Shown: positions 15,630-24,261 of the stretch, piece by piece
Layout of the letters: the number at the start of each line of letters is the position of its first letter
Numbering within the stretch: position 1 is the first letter of the stretch
The notes under the pieces: model-generated
The model's database searches: none
What the model saw: the letters and a program-made list of their open reading frames with translations, nothing else
Told to the model about the DNA's origin: nothing
Translations under genes and position numbers: made by a program
IMG/VR virus record: IMGVR_UViG_3300046738_000034
Location: 1-29,940 of that record
Source of the DNA: a virus
Taxonomy: Duplodnaviria > Caudoviricetes
DNA length: 29,940 bases
Reading direction: 5' to 3' (one strand)

Positions 15630-15715
15630 GCCGAAGACCCTAGCAGGTTCCTGCTAGATCATGCAAGGCGTCGCCGGCTGGCGCGCCTGCTAGGTTTTCT
15701 GCTAGCTTCAAGGGC
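15630..15715. promoter_or_regulatory. Divergent promoter pair with two CCTAGCAGG boxes
   Basis: Leftward TTGCAT-N18-TAGGGT; rightward TGGCGC-N18-TAGCTT; boxes at 15639 (+) and 15686 (-). Confidence 0.75.
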
Positions 15716-16012
15716 ATGACTACCAACGCGACGACCGCCGCGCCGCCGAGAACGGCCGCGCGCAGGTACTCCGAGCAGATCCACGTACTGACCGACGAGC
15801 AGACCCGGGCGTACACGCTCGGGCTAGCGGTGCTCGAAGCGCACGCGGGTGGCTACGGCCGACCGAAAGAGGGCGAGGCCGTCCGCGACCTGCTCGACGA
15901 GGCAATCGCGAAGCGCTTCAAGTCCGACCCTGAGGCCTACGCCCGCGCCGTCGAGGTGGGCCGCAAAGAGATGGCCCGGAGGGCGAGTGCCGGCCGGCAG
16001 CCTCGGGCGTAG
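15716..16012 (+). CDS. Putative ribbon-helix-helix DNA-binding regulator
   Basis: 98 aa; alternating strand EQIHVL, helix, then GEAVRDLLDEAI second helix; located at the divergence point. Confidence 0.55.
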   Translation: MTTNATTAAPPRTAARRYSEQIHVLTDEQTRAYTLGLAVLEAHAGGYGRPKEGEAVRDLLDEAIAKRFKSDPEAYARAVEVGRKEMARRASAGRQPRA

Positions 16013-16038
16013 GCTCGATCTTCCCGGTACACAAGGCG

Positions 16039-16076
16039 AAACGGCGCGGCACCTGTGGGGGTGACCGCGCCGTTTT
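16039..16076 (+). terminator. Hairpin between regulator and primase genes
   Basis: AAACGGCGCGG...CCGCGCCGTTT(T). Confidence 0.5.
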
Positions 16077-16117
16077 GGCCTCGCCAGAGACAGCCACGCA
16101 TCTTGGGAGAGAGTGAC

Positions 16118-18907
16118 TTGACCTCAGATAGTACATATGCCGGTCCATTCGGGCGAGCGGCGCAGACGTACAGAGCCGCAGGCTGGCTCGGCGTGTTGCC
16201 CATCGGTCGTGGCCCGGGGCAGAAATCGCCACCGCCCGGCAACAAGGCCTCGGGCGTCACGTGGACCGGTCACGGCGCGCCGTACCCGGGCTCGGCCGAC
16301 ATTGCCGCGTGGATCGACGGCCCTGAATCCGCGTACAACGTCGGCCTGCGGGCGCCTGAGGGCGTGATCGGCCTCGACGTCGACCACTATGGCAAGAAGA
16401 ACGGCGCCGACGTCCTCGCCGAGCTGGCGTCGCGCTTCGGCCCGCTGCCCGACACGTGGGTCAGCAGCGCGCGACCGGCACCGAGCGGGATCCGTTGGTA
16501 CCGGGTGCCGACCGAGATCGACGGCCGCCCGATCAACTGGCCCGGGGAGGCCGGGAAGTACATCGAGATCATCCAATCGGGCCACCGTTACGGGGTCGTC
16601 TGGCCGAGCACCAACCCTGAGGCGGACGGCGCCGAGTACGGATGGCGGCACCCCGATCAGGGTTTCTCCGACGTCATCCCGAAGCCCGTCGAGCTCGCAT
16701 GGTTGCCCGAGGCGTGGGTGCGCGGGCTGATGCTCGACTACGCCCGGACCGACAAGGCCGAGCTCGCCGACACCGCGCTCGGGGGGTGGTGGGCGCTGCT
16801 GCGAGGCGGCGAGCCCTGCCCGGTCGTGCACCGCGTCACGGTCAAGGCGCTCGAAACGCTCAAGGACGAGGACGGCTCGCGGCACGAGAGCGCCCGGGAC
16901 GCCGCCGCCGCCATCACCCGCCTCGGCGGCGAGGGGCACCGTGGCGTGCCGCAGGCGCTGCACGCGCTCGCCGAGGGTTTTGCCGCCGCCGTGGGCCCGG
17001 ACCGGGTCGCCAACGGCGAATGGCAGCGCCTGCTGTCCGGCGCCGTCAAGCTGGCCGCCGCGAGCAACCCGGACCCGCGGCAGGCCTGCGAGCACGACCC
17101 GCTGCCCGCGTGGACCGGTCCGCCCGGCTTCGACCTCGCGGCCAGCATCGTCGAGGCCCGCCAGCGCGCCGAGGTCGAGCGCCGCGAGCAGCAGGCGGCG
17201 GCAGCGGCCATCTACCAGCAGCGCGCCGACGTCATGCGTGCCGAGGTCGATGCCCTCCCTTTCGAGCAGCGCGCCGAAGCGGTCCGGCGCCTCATTCCCG
17301 AGATCGCGACGTGGGCGCCGGCTGAGCAGGGTTACGCTCGTGACCACCTGAGCAGCAAGCACGGTCTGACCGATCTCGGCGTGACCGAGTTCAACAAGCT
17401 GCTGCGGGCCGAGGAGAAAGCGCGCAAGGCGGCGGCCGACGAGGCGGCCCTCGAAGCAGCGCGGCAGATCGCTGCCGAGCAGGTCGAGCGCGCCCGGACA
17501 GAGGGGACGCTGTTGCCACCGCCGCACGCCCCCATCGACGTCGCCCGCGCACTTGCCGGCCGAATGACCGTCCCGGCGCGCTGGTGGCGCGGCGACTTCT
17601 ATCAGTGGGACGGCACGCGCTACCGCGAGTGGCGCGGCGAGGCGGTCGACAACTGGCTGTATACGCAGACCGCTGACGCGTGGTTCGAGGGCGCTGGCGA
17701 GGACGAGGGCACCAAGCCGTGGCGGCCGAGCGAGACGAAGATCGCGGGCGTGTCGCACGCGCTCTCCCGCGGCGTGCTCTACCGGGCCAGCGAGGAGGAG
17801 CCGGACGACTCGCCGTCACAGGTGGCGTGCGCGAACGGCGTCTACGACGTCGCAGCCGGCGAGCTGCTTCCGCACACCCCCGAGCGGTTCAACATGCAGG
17901 CGGTGCCGTTCGCCTACGATCCGCAGGCCAAGGCGCCCACGTGGGAATGGTTCCTCAATGACGTGCTGCCCGCAGATGCGCAGCTCTTCCTGCAAGAGTG
18001 GTTCGGCTACGTCCTGAGCGGCCGCACGGACCTTGAGAAGATCGCCAACCTCGTCGGGCGGCGGCGCAGCGGCAAGGGCACGATCTCCACCGTCCTCGAC
18101 GCCCTCGTGGGTGAGGAGAATTGCGCGGCGCCGAGCCTGCCGAGCCTCGTGGGCACCTTCGGCGAGCAGCCCCTGCTCGGCAAGACGCTCGCCACCTTCT
18201 CGGATATCTCGTGGTCGTTCCGCGATGTGGCCGAGGCGGTCGAGATCATCAAGAAGATCAGCGGCAACGACGCCCGCGACGTCAACCGCAAGAATCGCGA
18301 CGTCTGGCACGGCAAGCTCGGCGTGCGTTTCATGATCATGGGCAACGACATGCCGCGCTTCACGGACGCCAGCGGGGCACTTGCCGGCCGGATGATTCAC
18401 GTGCAGTTCCCGGGCTCGTTCTTTGGGCGCGAGCGCCCCACGGTCAAGGCCGACCTCATGGCCGAGCTGCCGGGAATTCTCAACTGGGCCCTCGCCGGCT
18501 TGGCGCGTCTCGACGCCGCTGGCCGCTTCACGGTCCCGCAGACGTCCGAAGAGCTGGCGGCCGAGGTGCGGCGGCAGCAATCGCCCGTGCAGGCGTTCCT
18601 CGACGACACGTGCGCGCAGAGCGACGAGGCGCCCCCGGTCCCGCTGGACGAGCTCTACCCGGTCTACAAGGCGTGGGCCAAGGACGCGGGGGTCGAGCAC
18701 CCGCTCAACCGCGAGCACCTCTCACGGGCCCTCGGCTCGGCGGGCCTGCCCGTCCGGCGCGAGCGGGTCAACGGGGTGCGGGCGCGGCGCGTGTACGGCA
18801 TCGTCCCGACGCTGGACGAGGACGGCCGGTCCGCGTGGGTCGGCCTGCTCAATCCCCACGCGCTGCCGCCCGTCGTGCCGCCCGAGGGCTGGTCGTCGGC
18901 CCCCTGA
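16118..18907 (+). CDS. Bifunctional Prim-Pol fused to D5/P4-type SF3 helicase
   Basis: Likely TTG start behind GGAGAG; YNVGLR..GVIGLDVD Prim-Pol motif; CANG..D.....PHTP D5_N motif; LQEWFGY; Walker A GRRRSGKGT; NDMPRF. Confidence 0.92.
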   Translation: MTSDSTYAGPFGRAAQTYRAAGWLGVLPIGRGPGQKSPPPGNKASGVTWTGHGAPYPGSADIAAWIDGPESAYNVGLRAPEGVIGLDVDHYGKKNGADVLAELASRFGPLPDTWVSSARPAPSGIRWYRVPTEIDGRPINWPGEAGKYIEIIQSGHRYGVVWPSTNPEADGAEYGWRHPDQGFSDVIPKPVELAWLPEAWVRGLMLDYARTDKAELADTALGGWWALLRGGEPCPVVHRVTVKALETLKDEDGSRHESARDAAAAITRLGGEGHRGVPQALHALAEGFAAAVGPDRVANGEWQRLLSGAVKLAAASNPDPRQACEHDPLPAWTGPPGFDLAASIVEARQRAEVERREQQAAAAAIYQQRADVMRAEVDALPFEQRAEAVRRLIPEIATWAPAEQGYARDHLSSKHGLTDLGVTEFNKLLRAEEKARKAAADEAALEAARQIAAEQVERARTEGTLLPPPHAPIDVARALAGRMTVPARWWRGDFYQWDGTRYREWRGEAVDNWLYTQTADAWFEGAGEDEGTKPWRPSETKIAGVSHALSRGVLYRASEEEPDDSPSQVACANGVYDVAAGELLPHTPERFNMQAVPFAYDPQAKAPTWEWFLNDVLPADAQLFLQEWFGYVLSGRTDLEKIANLVGRRRSGKGTISTVLDALVGEENCAAPSLPSLVGTFGEQPLLGKTLATFSDISWSFRDVAEAVEIIKKISGNDARDVNRKNRDVWHGKLGVRFMIMGNDMPRFTDASGALAGRMIHVQFPGSFFGRERPTVKADLMAELPGILNWALAGLARLDAAGRFTVPQTSEELAAEVRRQQSPVQAFLDDTCAQSDEAPPVPLDELYPVYKAWAKDAGVEHPLNREHLSRALGSAGLPVRRERVNGVRARRVYGIVPTLDEDGRSAWVGLLNPHALPPVVPPEGWSSAP

Positions 18908-18960
18908 GCCACCCCGCACCGAGCGCCCCGCGTGCAGCACGACCGCCGCGGGGCGCGTTG

Positions 18961-19265
18961 CTGTCCCGGTAACTGTCCCGGTGTCCCGGTAACTGTCCCG
19001 GTAGCGTCCCGGTAAAAATTCTCGAGTTTGCCCTGCTCAGACCGCCCCTGTCCCGGTGTCCCGGTAAAAACGAAAGTTGAGTCAAGGGGTATTGGTAGTA
19101 AAAAAATCCAAAGTCTAGTTACTGGTGGGTAAATGGATTTTCAAGGTAGGTGTCAAGGTGGAGCACGATAGGGAAAGTTACCGGGCCGCCGGGACACCCC
19201 CGCCCTGAGCAGCGGAAACAGCCGGACCGGCTACCGGGACACCCCTCGGATTTACCGGGACACCC
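18961..19265. repeat. Putative replication origin: GTCCCGGT iterons flanking an AT-rich core
   Basis: Direct copies at 18963, 18975, 18983, 18995, 19006, 19050 and 19058; AT-rich about 19066-19180; inverted copies at about 19180, 19188, 19233 and 19254. Confidence 0.8.
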
Positions 19266-19273
19266 TCGCCGGC

Positions 19274-19303
19274 TGGACAGAGCTAGCAGGTAGCTGCTAG
19301 CGT
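19274..19303 (+). promoter_or_regulatory. Promoter with CTAGCAGG box
   Basis: TGGACA-N18-TAGCGT; spacer and -10 contain GCTAGCAGGTAGCTGCTAGC. Confidence 0.7.
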
Positions 19304-19419
19304 GTGCTCGTCGGTCGTTCCGCCGGCAAGGGGGCGCGCCCGGCGCGGAGTGTGAGAACTCCGGGGGAGGGTCAGTGCGCGCCCCCACCAATCCAGCACC
19401 ACACCTCTTGGGAGAGACC

Positions 19420-20058
19420 ATGACCAGCCCGGACCCGTACAACCACCCGCTGCCGCCGCAGGCCAAGAAGAGGGGCAACGCCCTCGGCATGGCCATCCTG
19501 ATCGGCGTCATCATGCTGATGTGCTGCGGCGTCATCACCGTGCTCGGCGCCATGATCGGCGACGACGAGAGCGACGAGGGCCTGCGCGCCGTCTCGACGC
19601 CCAACGCGACCGCCACGCACGCCGCCCCGGCCGGCAGCAAAGCGGCGGTCAAGGCCGTGCCCGCGCCGACCGCGACGAGCGCGAAGCCGTCGCCGTCCCC
19701 CAAGGCCACGAAGATGACGTACGCCAAGCTGAGCGCCCGCGAGTGGCGCAAGGTGGCCAAGGACCCGGACGCCTACACGGGCAAGCGGTACGTCGTGCAC
19801 GGCATCGTCTCGCAGTTCGACTCGGCCACGGGCACGAGCACCTTCCGGGCCGACGTGGACGCCGTCCCGCACGAGTACAGCTACGAGTACCCCACCAACA
19901 CCCTGCTGACCACCCGGGCGGCCGACCTGAGCGACCTCGTCGAGGGCGACCACTTCCGGGCCGAGGTCGAGGTCGTGGGCGGCTACATCTACGAGACGCA
20001 GATCGGCGGCACGACCACCGTGCCCGAGGTCATGGTCGACAAGGTCACCCGCAAGTGA
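19420..20058 (+). CDS. Single-TM surface protein with C-terminal OB-like domain
   Basis: ATG behind GGAGAG; TM with MCCG; P/T/A linker; DPDAYTG...GD...G..YETQIGG.TTVP pattern. Confidence 0.75.
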   Translation: MTSPDPYNHPLPPQAKKRGNALGMAILIGVIMLMCCGVITVLGAMIGDDESDEGLRAVSTPNATATHAAPAGSKAAVKAVPAPTATSAKPSPSPKATKMTYAKLSAREWRKVAKDPDAYTGKRYVVHGIVSQFDSATGTSTFRADVDAVPHEYSYEYPTNTLLTTRAADLSDLVEGDHFRAEVEVVGGYIYETQIGGTTTVPEVMVDKVTRK

Positions 20059-20462
20059 GCATCGAGGCCGACCTCGCCAACGCGCGGGCGGCGGGCGAGG
20101 TGCTGCTGCACGAGCGGGACAAGTGGCGGACGCTCGCACAGGACACGAAGGCGACGCTCGACGCGGTGCGTCTCGACCGCGACCGCCGTCTCGACCTGCT
20201 CACCGACAACCTGCGCGCGGCCGAGGCCGATCACGACGAGCTGATCGACACGCTGCAAACGCACATCCCGCAGGAGTACGAGGCGAGCGAGGGCAGCGCC
20301 GAGTCGATCATCGTCGAGTACGTCGCGGTCGTCACGGCACGCCTGCGGGCGCTCGTCGGCGAGGCGGGCCTCGCGCCGTACCCGGAGGACGCGGACGGCG
20401 CGCCACTGCCGGACGCGGTCGCCGAGCCGGACGCTTACCGCGCGGCGGTGCTGTCCGCGTGA
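20055..20462 (+). CDS. Hypothetical helical protein
   Basis: GTGA-coupled; SIEADLANARAAGEVLL... Confidence 0.7.
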   Translation: MSIEADLANARAAGEVLLHERDKWRTLAQDTKATLDAVRLDRDRRLDLLTDNLRAAEADHDELIDTLQTHIPQEYEASEGSAESIIVEYVAVVTARLRALVGEAGLAPYPEDADGAPLPDAVAEPDAYRAAVLSA

Positions 20463-20575
20463 GACGCCTCCTCGCCAGAGCGGTCTACGTACGCAGCTCG
20501 CAGAGTGTCGCCGTGCGCGACGGCCTGCGGTGGTTGCCCTGGTGGCTCACCCGCAGCGTCGACCCGCGTTGGTAG
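20459..20575 (+). CDS. Possible 38-aa micro-ORF
   Basis: GTGA-coupled to previous stop; RRLLARAVYV...WLPWWLTRSVDPRW. Confidence 0.35.
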   Translation: MRRLLARAVYVRSSQSVAVRDGLRWLPWWLTRSVDPRW

Positions 20576-20621
20576 CGCGCAGCCGGCGAGCCAAGATTTT
20601 TTAGGAAAGTCCCTGCCAGGA

Positions 20622-20652
20622 CTAGCAAAACCTAGCAGGTCTGCGTTAGGCT
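20622..20652 (+). promoter_or_regulatory. Promoter with CCTAGCAGG box
   Basis: TAGCAA-N18-TAGGCT with ACCTAGCAGGT in the spacer. Confidence 0.65.
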
Positions 20653-20685
20653 ATGGGTACAAGCCAACGACGCAGGGAGCACACA

Positions 20686-20886
20686 ATGCAGGTCATCAAG
20701 GTCGCTCAAGTCCAGCTCCTCCCCTCGGGCAAGACCGAGGTCACCAAGTGGTGGATCGCCCGGGACGCCGCCCACGCCGACCGGATCATCGCCCGCCGCA
20801 AGCAGCACCTCGTCAAGGGCTCGCCGGTCAGCTTCACGCGGCAGGCGCTGAGCCCCGCCACCTCGCTCGATGCACTTTTCGCCTGA
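20686..20886 (+). CDS. Hypothetical protein
   Basis: ATG behind GGGAG; MQVIKVAQVQLLPSGK... Confidence 0.65.
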   Translation: MQVIKVAQVQLLPSGKTEVTKWWIARDAAHADRIIARRKQHLVKGSPVSFTRQALSPATSLDALFA

Positions 20887-20900
20887 CCGCAACGCACGTC

Positions 20901-20923
20901 GGGGGCCCTCCGGGGCCCCTTTC
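20901..20923 (+). terminator. Short GC hairpin terminator
   Basis: GGGGCCC-TCCG-GGGCCCC followed by TTT. Confidence 0.6.
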
Positions 20924-20950
20924 GCGTTATCTGAAACAGCACGTCAGGGG

Positions 20951-20986
20951 CTAGAAACCTAGCAGGTCTGCTGCTAGACTACTGGT
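20951..20986 (+). promoter_or_regulatory. Leaderless promoter with CCTAGCAGG box
   Basis: ACCTAGCAGGTCTGCTGC-TAGACT-N6-ATG. Confidence 0.75.
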
Positions 20987-21274
20987 ATGACGATGACGCA
21001 GGAAGACCTCGAAGAGCGCGAGATTGAGCGCACCCTCGCCGCCGAGGCGGGCCACGAGCTCGGGTGCTTCGAGTGGTACGCCGAGGTCGCCATCGAGCGC
21101 GGCATCTGCGAGGAGGGCCTGCTCGACGAGCTGACCACGGACGGCACGACGCTCATGGTCCGCTTCGCCCGCGAGGCCAAGATCGGTAACGAGCACTGCC
21201 ACTGCGACATCCCGTACACCGACGAGGAGCTGGCCGCCGAGGCCGCCCTCGAAGCCGCTCAGGAGGGCTGCTGA
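20987..21274 (+). CDS. Acidic Cys/His-containing hypothetical protein
   Basis: 95 aa; H..GC...C...HCHC. Confidence 0.7.
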   Translation: MTMTQEDLEEREIERTLAAEAGHELGCFEWYAEVAIERGICEEGLLDELTTDGTTLMVRFAREAKIGNEHCHCDIPYTDEELAAEAALEAAQEGC

Positions 21275-21275
21275 C

Positions 21276-21449
21276 ATGCCGGAAGACGTGACCGCCGAGG
21301 CGGTGGCGCGCGTCATCGCCGCCGCGCTGGCCGAGGCCTTCCCGGGCGCCATGCTCGGGACCAACACCAGCCCCAACAGCCGCGATGGGCGCGTGGTGAT
21401 GCGCACCCGGGACGGTCAGGACTACAGCGTGCAGGTGCGCGAGGAGTAG
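21276..21449 (+). CDS. Hypothetical 57-aa protein
   Basis: ATG behind AGGAGG; MPEDVTAEAVARVIAAALAE...YSVQVREE. Confidence 0.65.
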   Translation: MPEDVTAEAVARVIAAALAEAFPGAMLGTNTSPNSRDGRVVMRTRDGQDYSVQVREE

Positions 21450-21467
21450 CTCGCCTACCATCGAGGG

Positions 21468-22190
21468 ATGCCAGAGACCACCGCACCACCCATCGTCATA
21501 GAGCGCCTTGAGGACGTACGCCCCGGAGACTTCCTGCTGACCAACATCGGCGGGCTAGTCCCCGGGGCGTTTCCCGTTGGCTTCGGGCAGTTCATCTGCG
21601 GCGAGCGCGTCCGCATCGCCGACCTCACCTTCGATCACGTCCTCGTGGTCACGCAGGCCTCGCGCGTCCTGCCGGCCGGCAGCACCTACGAGGGCGTGCT
21701 CTACGAGACCGGCGTCATCACGGCGCCCAAGGGCGTGCAGGCCATGCCGCGGGGCGCCGAAGAGATCGAGCTGACGTACGCCAAGCACTGGACGCGCAAG
21801 TGCGCGTACGTCCGCCTGCCCGAGGACTACCTGGGCCAAGCCGGCGACGCCGCTGCGGTCGCGCGGCTCATGGCCGAGCTGCGCATCCCCTACAGCTTCG
21901 GCTCGTATGTGCAGCTCGCCGCCTGGCGCTTCGGCTTCAAGACGCCGTGGCTCGAAAAGCGCATCGACCGCCGCCTGCCGCCGCGACCGGTCACCTTCGC
22001 CCGTGGGCGCGTCATGGTGTCTCTGCCGGCTGAGGCCATCTGCTCGGTGCTCGGAGATCAGGTGTGGTCGGCGACCGGCAAGCGGGTCATCGAGGGCGTC
22101 TCGCCGCAGTGCGTCACCCCCGGCAAGTTCGGCCGGCAGCTTCTGTTCCGCAAGGGGGTCACGTGGGGCGGACCGGGGGTAACTGGGTAA
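21468..22190 (+). CDS. Permuted papain-like NlpC/P60 (YiiX/YaeF-type) hydrolase
   Basis: Motif order RPGD, DHVLVV, QAMP.G, IPYSF, ICSVL, VTPG places His before Cys, the permuted arrangement. Confidence 0.75.
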   Translation: MPETTAPPIVIERLEDVRPGDFLLTNIGGLVPGAFPVGFGQFICGERVRIADLTFDHVLVVTQASRVLPAGSTYEGVLYETGVITAPKGVQAMPRGAEEIELTYAKHWTRKCAYVRLPEDYLGQAGDAAAVARLMAELRIPYSFGSYVQLAAWRFGFKTPWLEKRIDRRLPPRPVTFARGRVMVSLPAEAICSVLGDQVWSATGKRVIEGVSPQCVTPGKFGRQLLFRKGVTWGGPGVTG

Positions 22191-22227
22191 GACTGTCAGG
22201 ACACGTCAGATCACAGGAGGACGAACC

Positions 22228-22473
22228 ATGGCCGAGAAGCAGATCGTGCAGCCCACGCAGGGCGGCGGCAACGAGCAGGTGCACGACCAGGGCACCGAGA
22301 CCATGAGCGGCAGCGAGGTCGCCAACGCGGCGGCCGAGACGCTGCACGGCCAGCGGGCCGAGACCGAGAAGTACGAGCAGCCCGACGCGGTCGAGCTGCC
22401 GGGCGGCAACACCCTGATCGCCAAGCCCGAGCAGCCGGCGAGCGACGGGAAGATCGACAAGCGCCTCAACTGA
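22228..22473 (+). CDS. Small acidic hydrophilic protein
   Basis: AGGAGG RBS; 81 aa. Confidence 0.7.
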   Translation: MAEKQIVQPTQGGGNEQVHDQGTETMSGSEVANAAAETLHGQRAETEKYEQPDAVELPGGNTLIAKPEQPASDGKIDKRLN

Positions 22474-22524
22474 GCGCTGCGGCGGGGGTGCGGGTCTGTT
22501 CGCGGGGCCCGTACCCTGCTAGCT

Positions 22525-22896
22525 ATGACCAAACGCATCAAGGCGCTCGCCGCCGGTTTCGCCATCCTGCTCGCGACCACGCTCGGCCTCGCCGTGAGCT
22601 CGCCGGCTGCGGCCTATTCGACCTGCTCGTCGCACTACATCTGCTTCGACGACGGCTACAGCGGGCAGGGTGCGCGCGTCTTCACGCTCGACCCGTCCGA
22701 CCGCCCCGGGTGTTTCAGCATGCCCGCCAACAAGACGAGCAGCATCGACAACAACACGATCTATCTGGACCACGACATCAGGGTCTACTCGCAGAGCTCA
22801 AGCTGCACGGGCCTTTCGACGCTGTTCTACGCGGGCACCGAGGGCAACATGGCGGGCCAGTGGGACAACAGCATCGACAGCATGTATCTCTACTGA
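22525..22896 (+). CDS. Secreted peptidase-inhibitor I36 / beta-gamma-crystallin-like protein
   Basis: Sec signal ending PAAA; CSSHYICF..GY.G, NKTSSIDNNT and WDNSIDS motifs. Confidence 0.75.
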   Translation: MTKRIKALAAGFAILLATTLGLAVSSPAAAYSTCSSHYICFDDGYSGQGARVFTLDPSDRPGCFSMPANKTSSIDNNTIYLDHDIRVYSQSSSCTGLSTLFYAGTEGNMAGQWDNSIDSMYLY

Positions 22897-22910
22897 GCCC
22901 CCGGAAAGAC

Positions 22911-22946
22911 GCCCTCGGCCCTCGTGGTCGGGGGCATCCTTCTTTT
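22911..22946 (+). terminator. Rho-independent terminator
   Basis: GCCCTCGGCC-CTCGT-GGTCGGGGGC then ATCCTTCTTTT. Confidence 0.7.
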
Positions 22947-22958
22947 CCCTGCACCCTG

Positions 22959-22994
22959 TTGCAATACCTAGCAGGTTGCTGCTAGACTCTTGGT
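22959..22994 (+). promoter_or_regulatory. Leaderless promoter with CCTAGCAGG box
   Basis: TTGCAA-N18-TAGACT-N6-ATG. Confidence 0.8.
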
Positions 22995-23669
22995 ATGACG
23001 AAGACGAGCAAGGCCCCGAAAATCACCTTCCCGGTCATCAACGCCAAGCACAAGATCCGTCGCAACGCCGAGACCGGCATCGAGATCCACGGCGACGTTG
23101 ACGGTTACACGGTCTTCCGCACCGAGCGGGACGGCACGCTCAGCTACTGGGGCGACGAGCGCAGCCTGTACCACGCGCGGATCCTGGCCACCGAGAAGGT
23201 CGAGATGGTCCGCGAGCAGATCGCCGACGACGAGGCCGAGGCCTACGAGATGGCCCTCGACATGGCGCGGGAGCTGCTCGCCGAGGTCGAGACGCAGGTC
23301 GGTGGCCACGCCGCCGAGCGCGCCCTGACCACCCTCTGCGCCGCCGTGACCCACGGCCTCAAGCAGACGTACACGTACCTGTACGTGCAGGCCATCAACG
23401 AGCGCCTCGCCAAGGTGGTCGCAGCGCTCGACGGCACCAAGCCGATCGTCTCCGATGCTGCCGGCCGAGCAGCGCTCGCCGAGGCCAAGGCCACCTTCCC
23501 GATCGGCACGAAGGTCACCATCGACGGCGTGCCGACGCTCGGCGCGGTGGTCGACGGGGGTTGCTCGATCGACGCCGAGACGAACAAGGTTTTCATCTTC
23601 GTCAAGACCGGCAAGGCGGGCCGCTGCAACTACCGCAGCGTGTACGCCGAGCGCCTCGCCACGGTCTGA
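22995..23669 (+). CDS. Hypothetical protein
   Basis: 224 aa, strong GC3 bias. Confidence 0.75.
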   Translation: MTKTSKAPKITFPVINAKHKIRRNAETGIEIHGDVDGYTVFRTERDGTLSYWGDERSLYHARILATEKVEMVREQIADDEAEAYEMALDMARELLAEVETQVGGHAAERALTTLCAAVTHGLKQTYTYLYVQAINERLAKVVAALDGTKPIVSDAAGRAALAEAKATFPIGTKVTIDGVPTLGAVVDGGCSIDAETNKVFIFVKTGKAGRCNYRSVYAERLATV

Positions 23670-23679
23670 CCAGCAGGGC

Positions 23680-23715
23680 TCGACGACCTAGCAGCTTTCT
23701 AGTAAGGTGGGGGAC
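23680..23715 (+). promoter_or_regulatory. Promoter with variant box
   Basis: TCGACG-N17-TAAGGT-N7-ATG with ACCTAGCAGCT in the spacer. Confidence 0.6.
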
Positions 23716-24261
23716 ATGGGAGAGATGACGAAGATGCCGCGCAACGCCGAGCAGCGCGCCCTGTGGGTCGCCGCCCGCCTCAAGGACGCGGGCGTGACCA
23801 GCAAGACGCACACCGTCAACGTTGACGGGACCGTGATGCCGACCGAGGAACGCCGCGCCCGCATGGTCGCCGAGGCCGACCGCCAGCTCAGCACGCAGCG
23901 CCGCCTGCGGGGGCACGAGGCCACGCTCGTCGAGGCCCGCGCCCTGCACGCCGACGCCGAGGCGCTGCTCAAGCGCGTGCAGGCGCTCGGCGAGGAGATG
24001 GCCGTAGCGGAAGCCGACGATCCGGCGGCGACCGACGACAGTAACGAGCTGCTCGACCGCATCGTGCGCCGTGCGCAGTACACCGCCCTCAAGGCGATGC
24101 TCGACATGGTCGACGGGTGGGCCGAGGGCGTCCGCGATAACAACGTGGCCATGAGCCGCCCCAACGACGACGTGCTCTTCGAGCCGCTCGACATCAAGCG
24201 CATGGTCAACGACGTCGCCCGCGAACTCGGCACGGCGCAGCCCTTCGAGGACGCGCGATGA
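23716..24261 (+). CDS. Hypothetical coiled-coil protein
   Basis: Start ATG 23716 or 23725; helical, A/E/R-rich. Confidence 0.7.
   Translation: MGEMTKMPRNAEQRALWVAARLKDAGVTSKTHTVNVDGTVMPTEERRARMVAEADRQLSTQRRLRGHEATLVEARALHADAEALLKRVQALGEEMAVAEADDPAATDDSNELLDRIVRRAQYTALKAMLDMVDGWAEGVRDNNVAMSRPNDDVLFEPLDIKRMVNDVARELGTAQPFEDAR

Noticed and set aside
17100-17520. Intein between the Prim-Pol and helicase domains
   Set aside because: Helical A/E/R-rich linker with no C...HN splice motifs or LAGLIDADG blocks
18961-19065. Short repeats as a CRISPR array
   Set aside because: Units are 8-12 bp without unique spacers, inverted copies follow, and there is no cas operon; the pattern fits iterons
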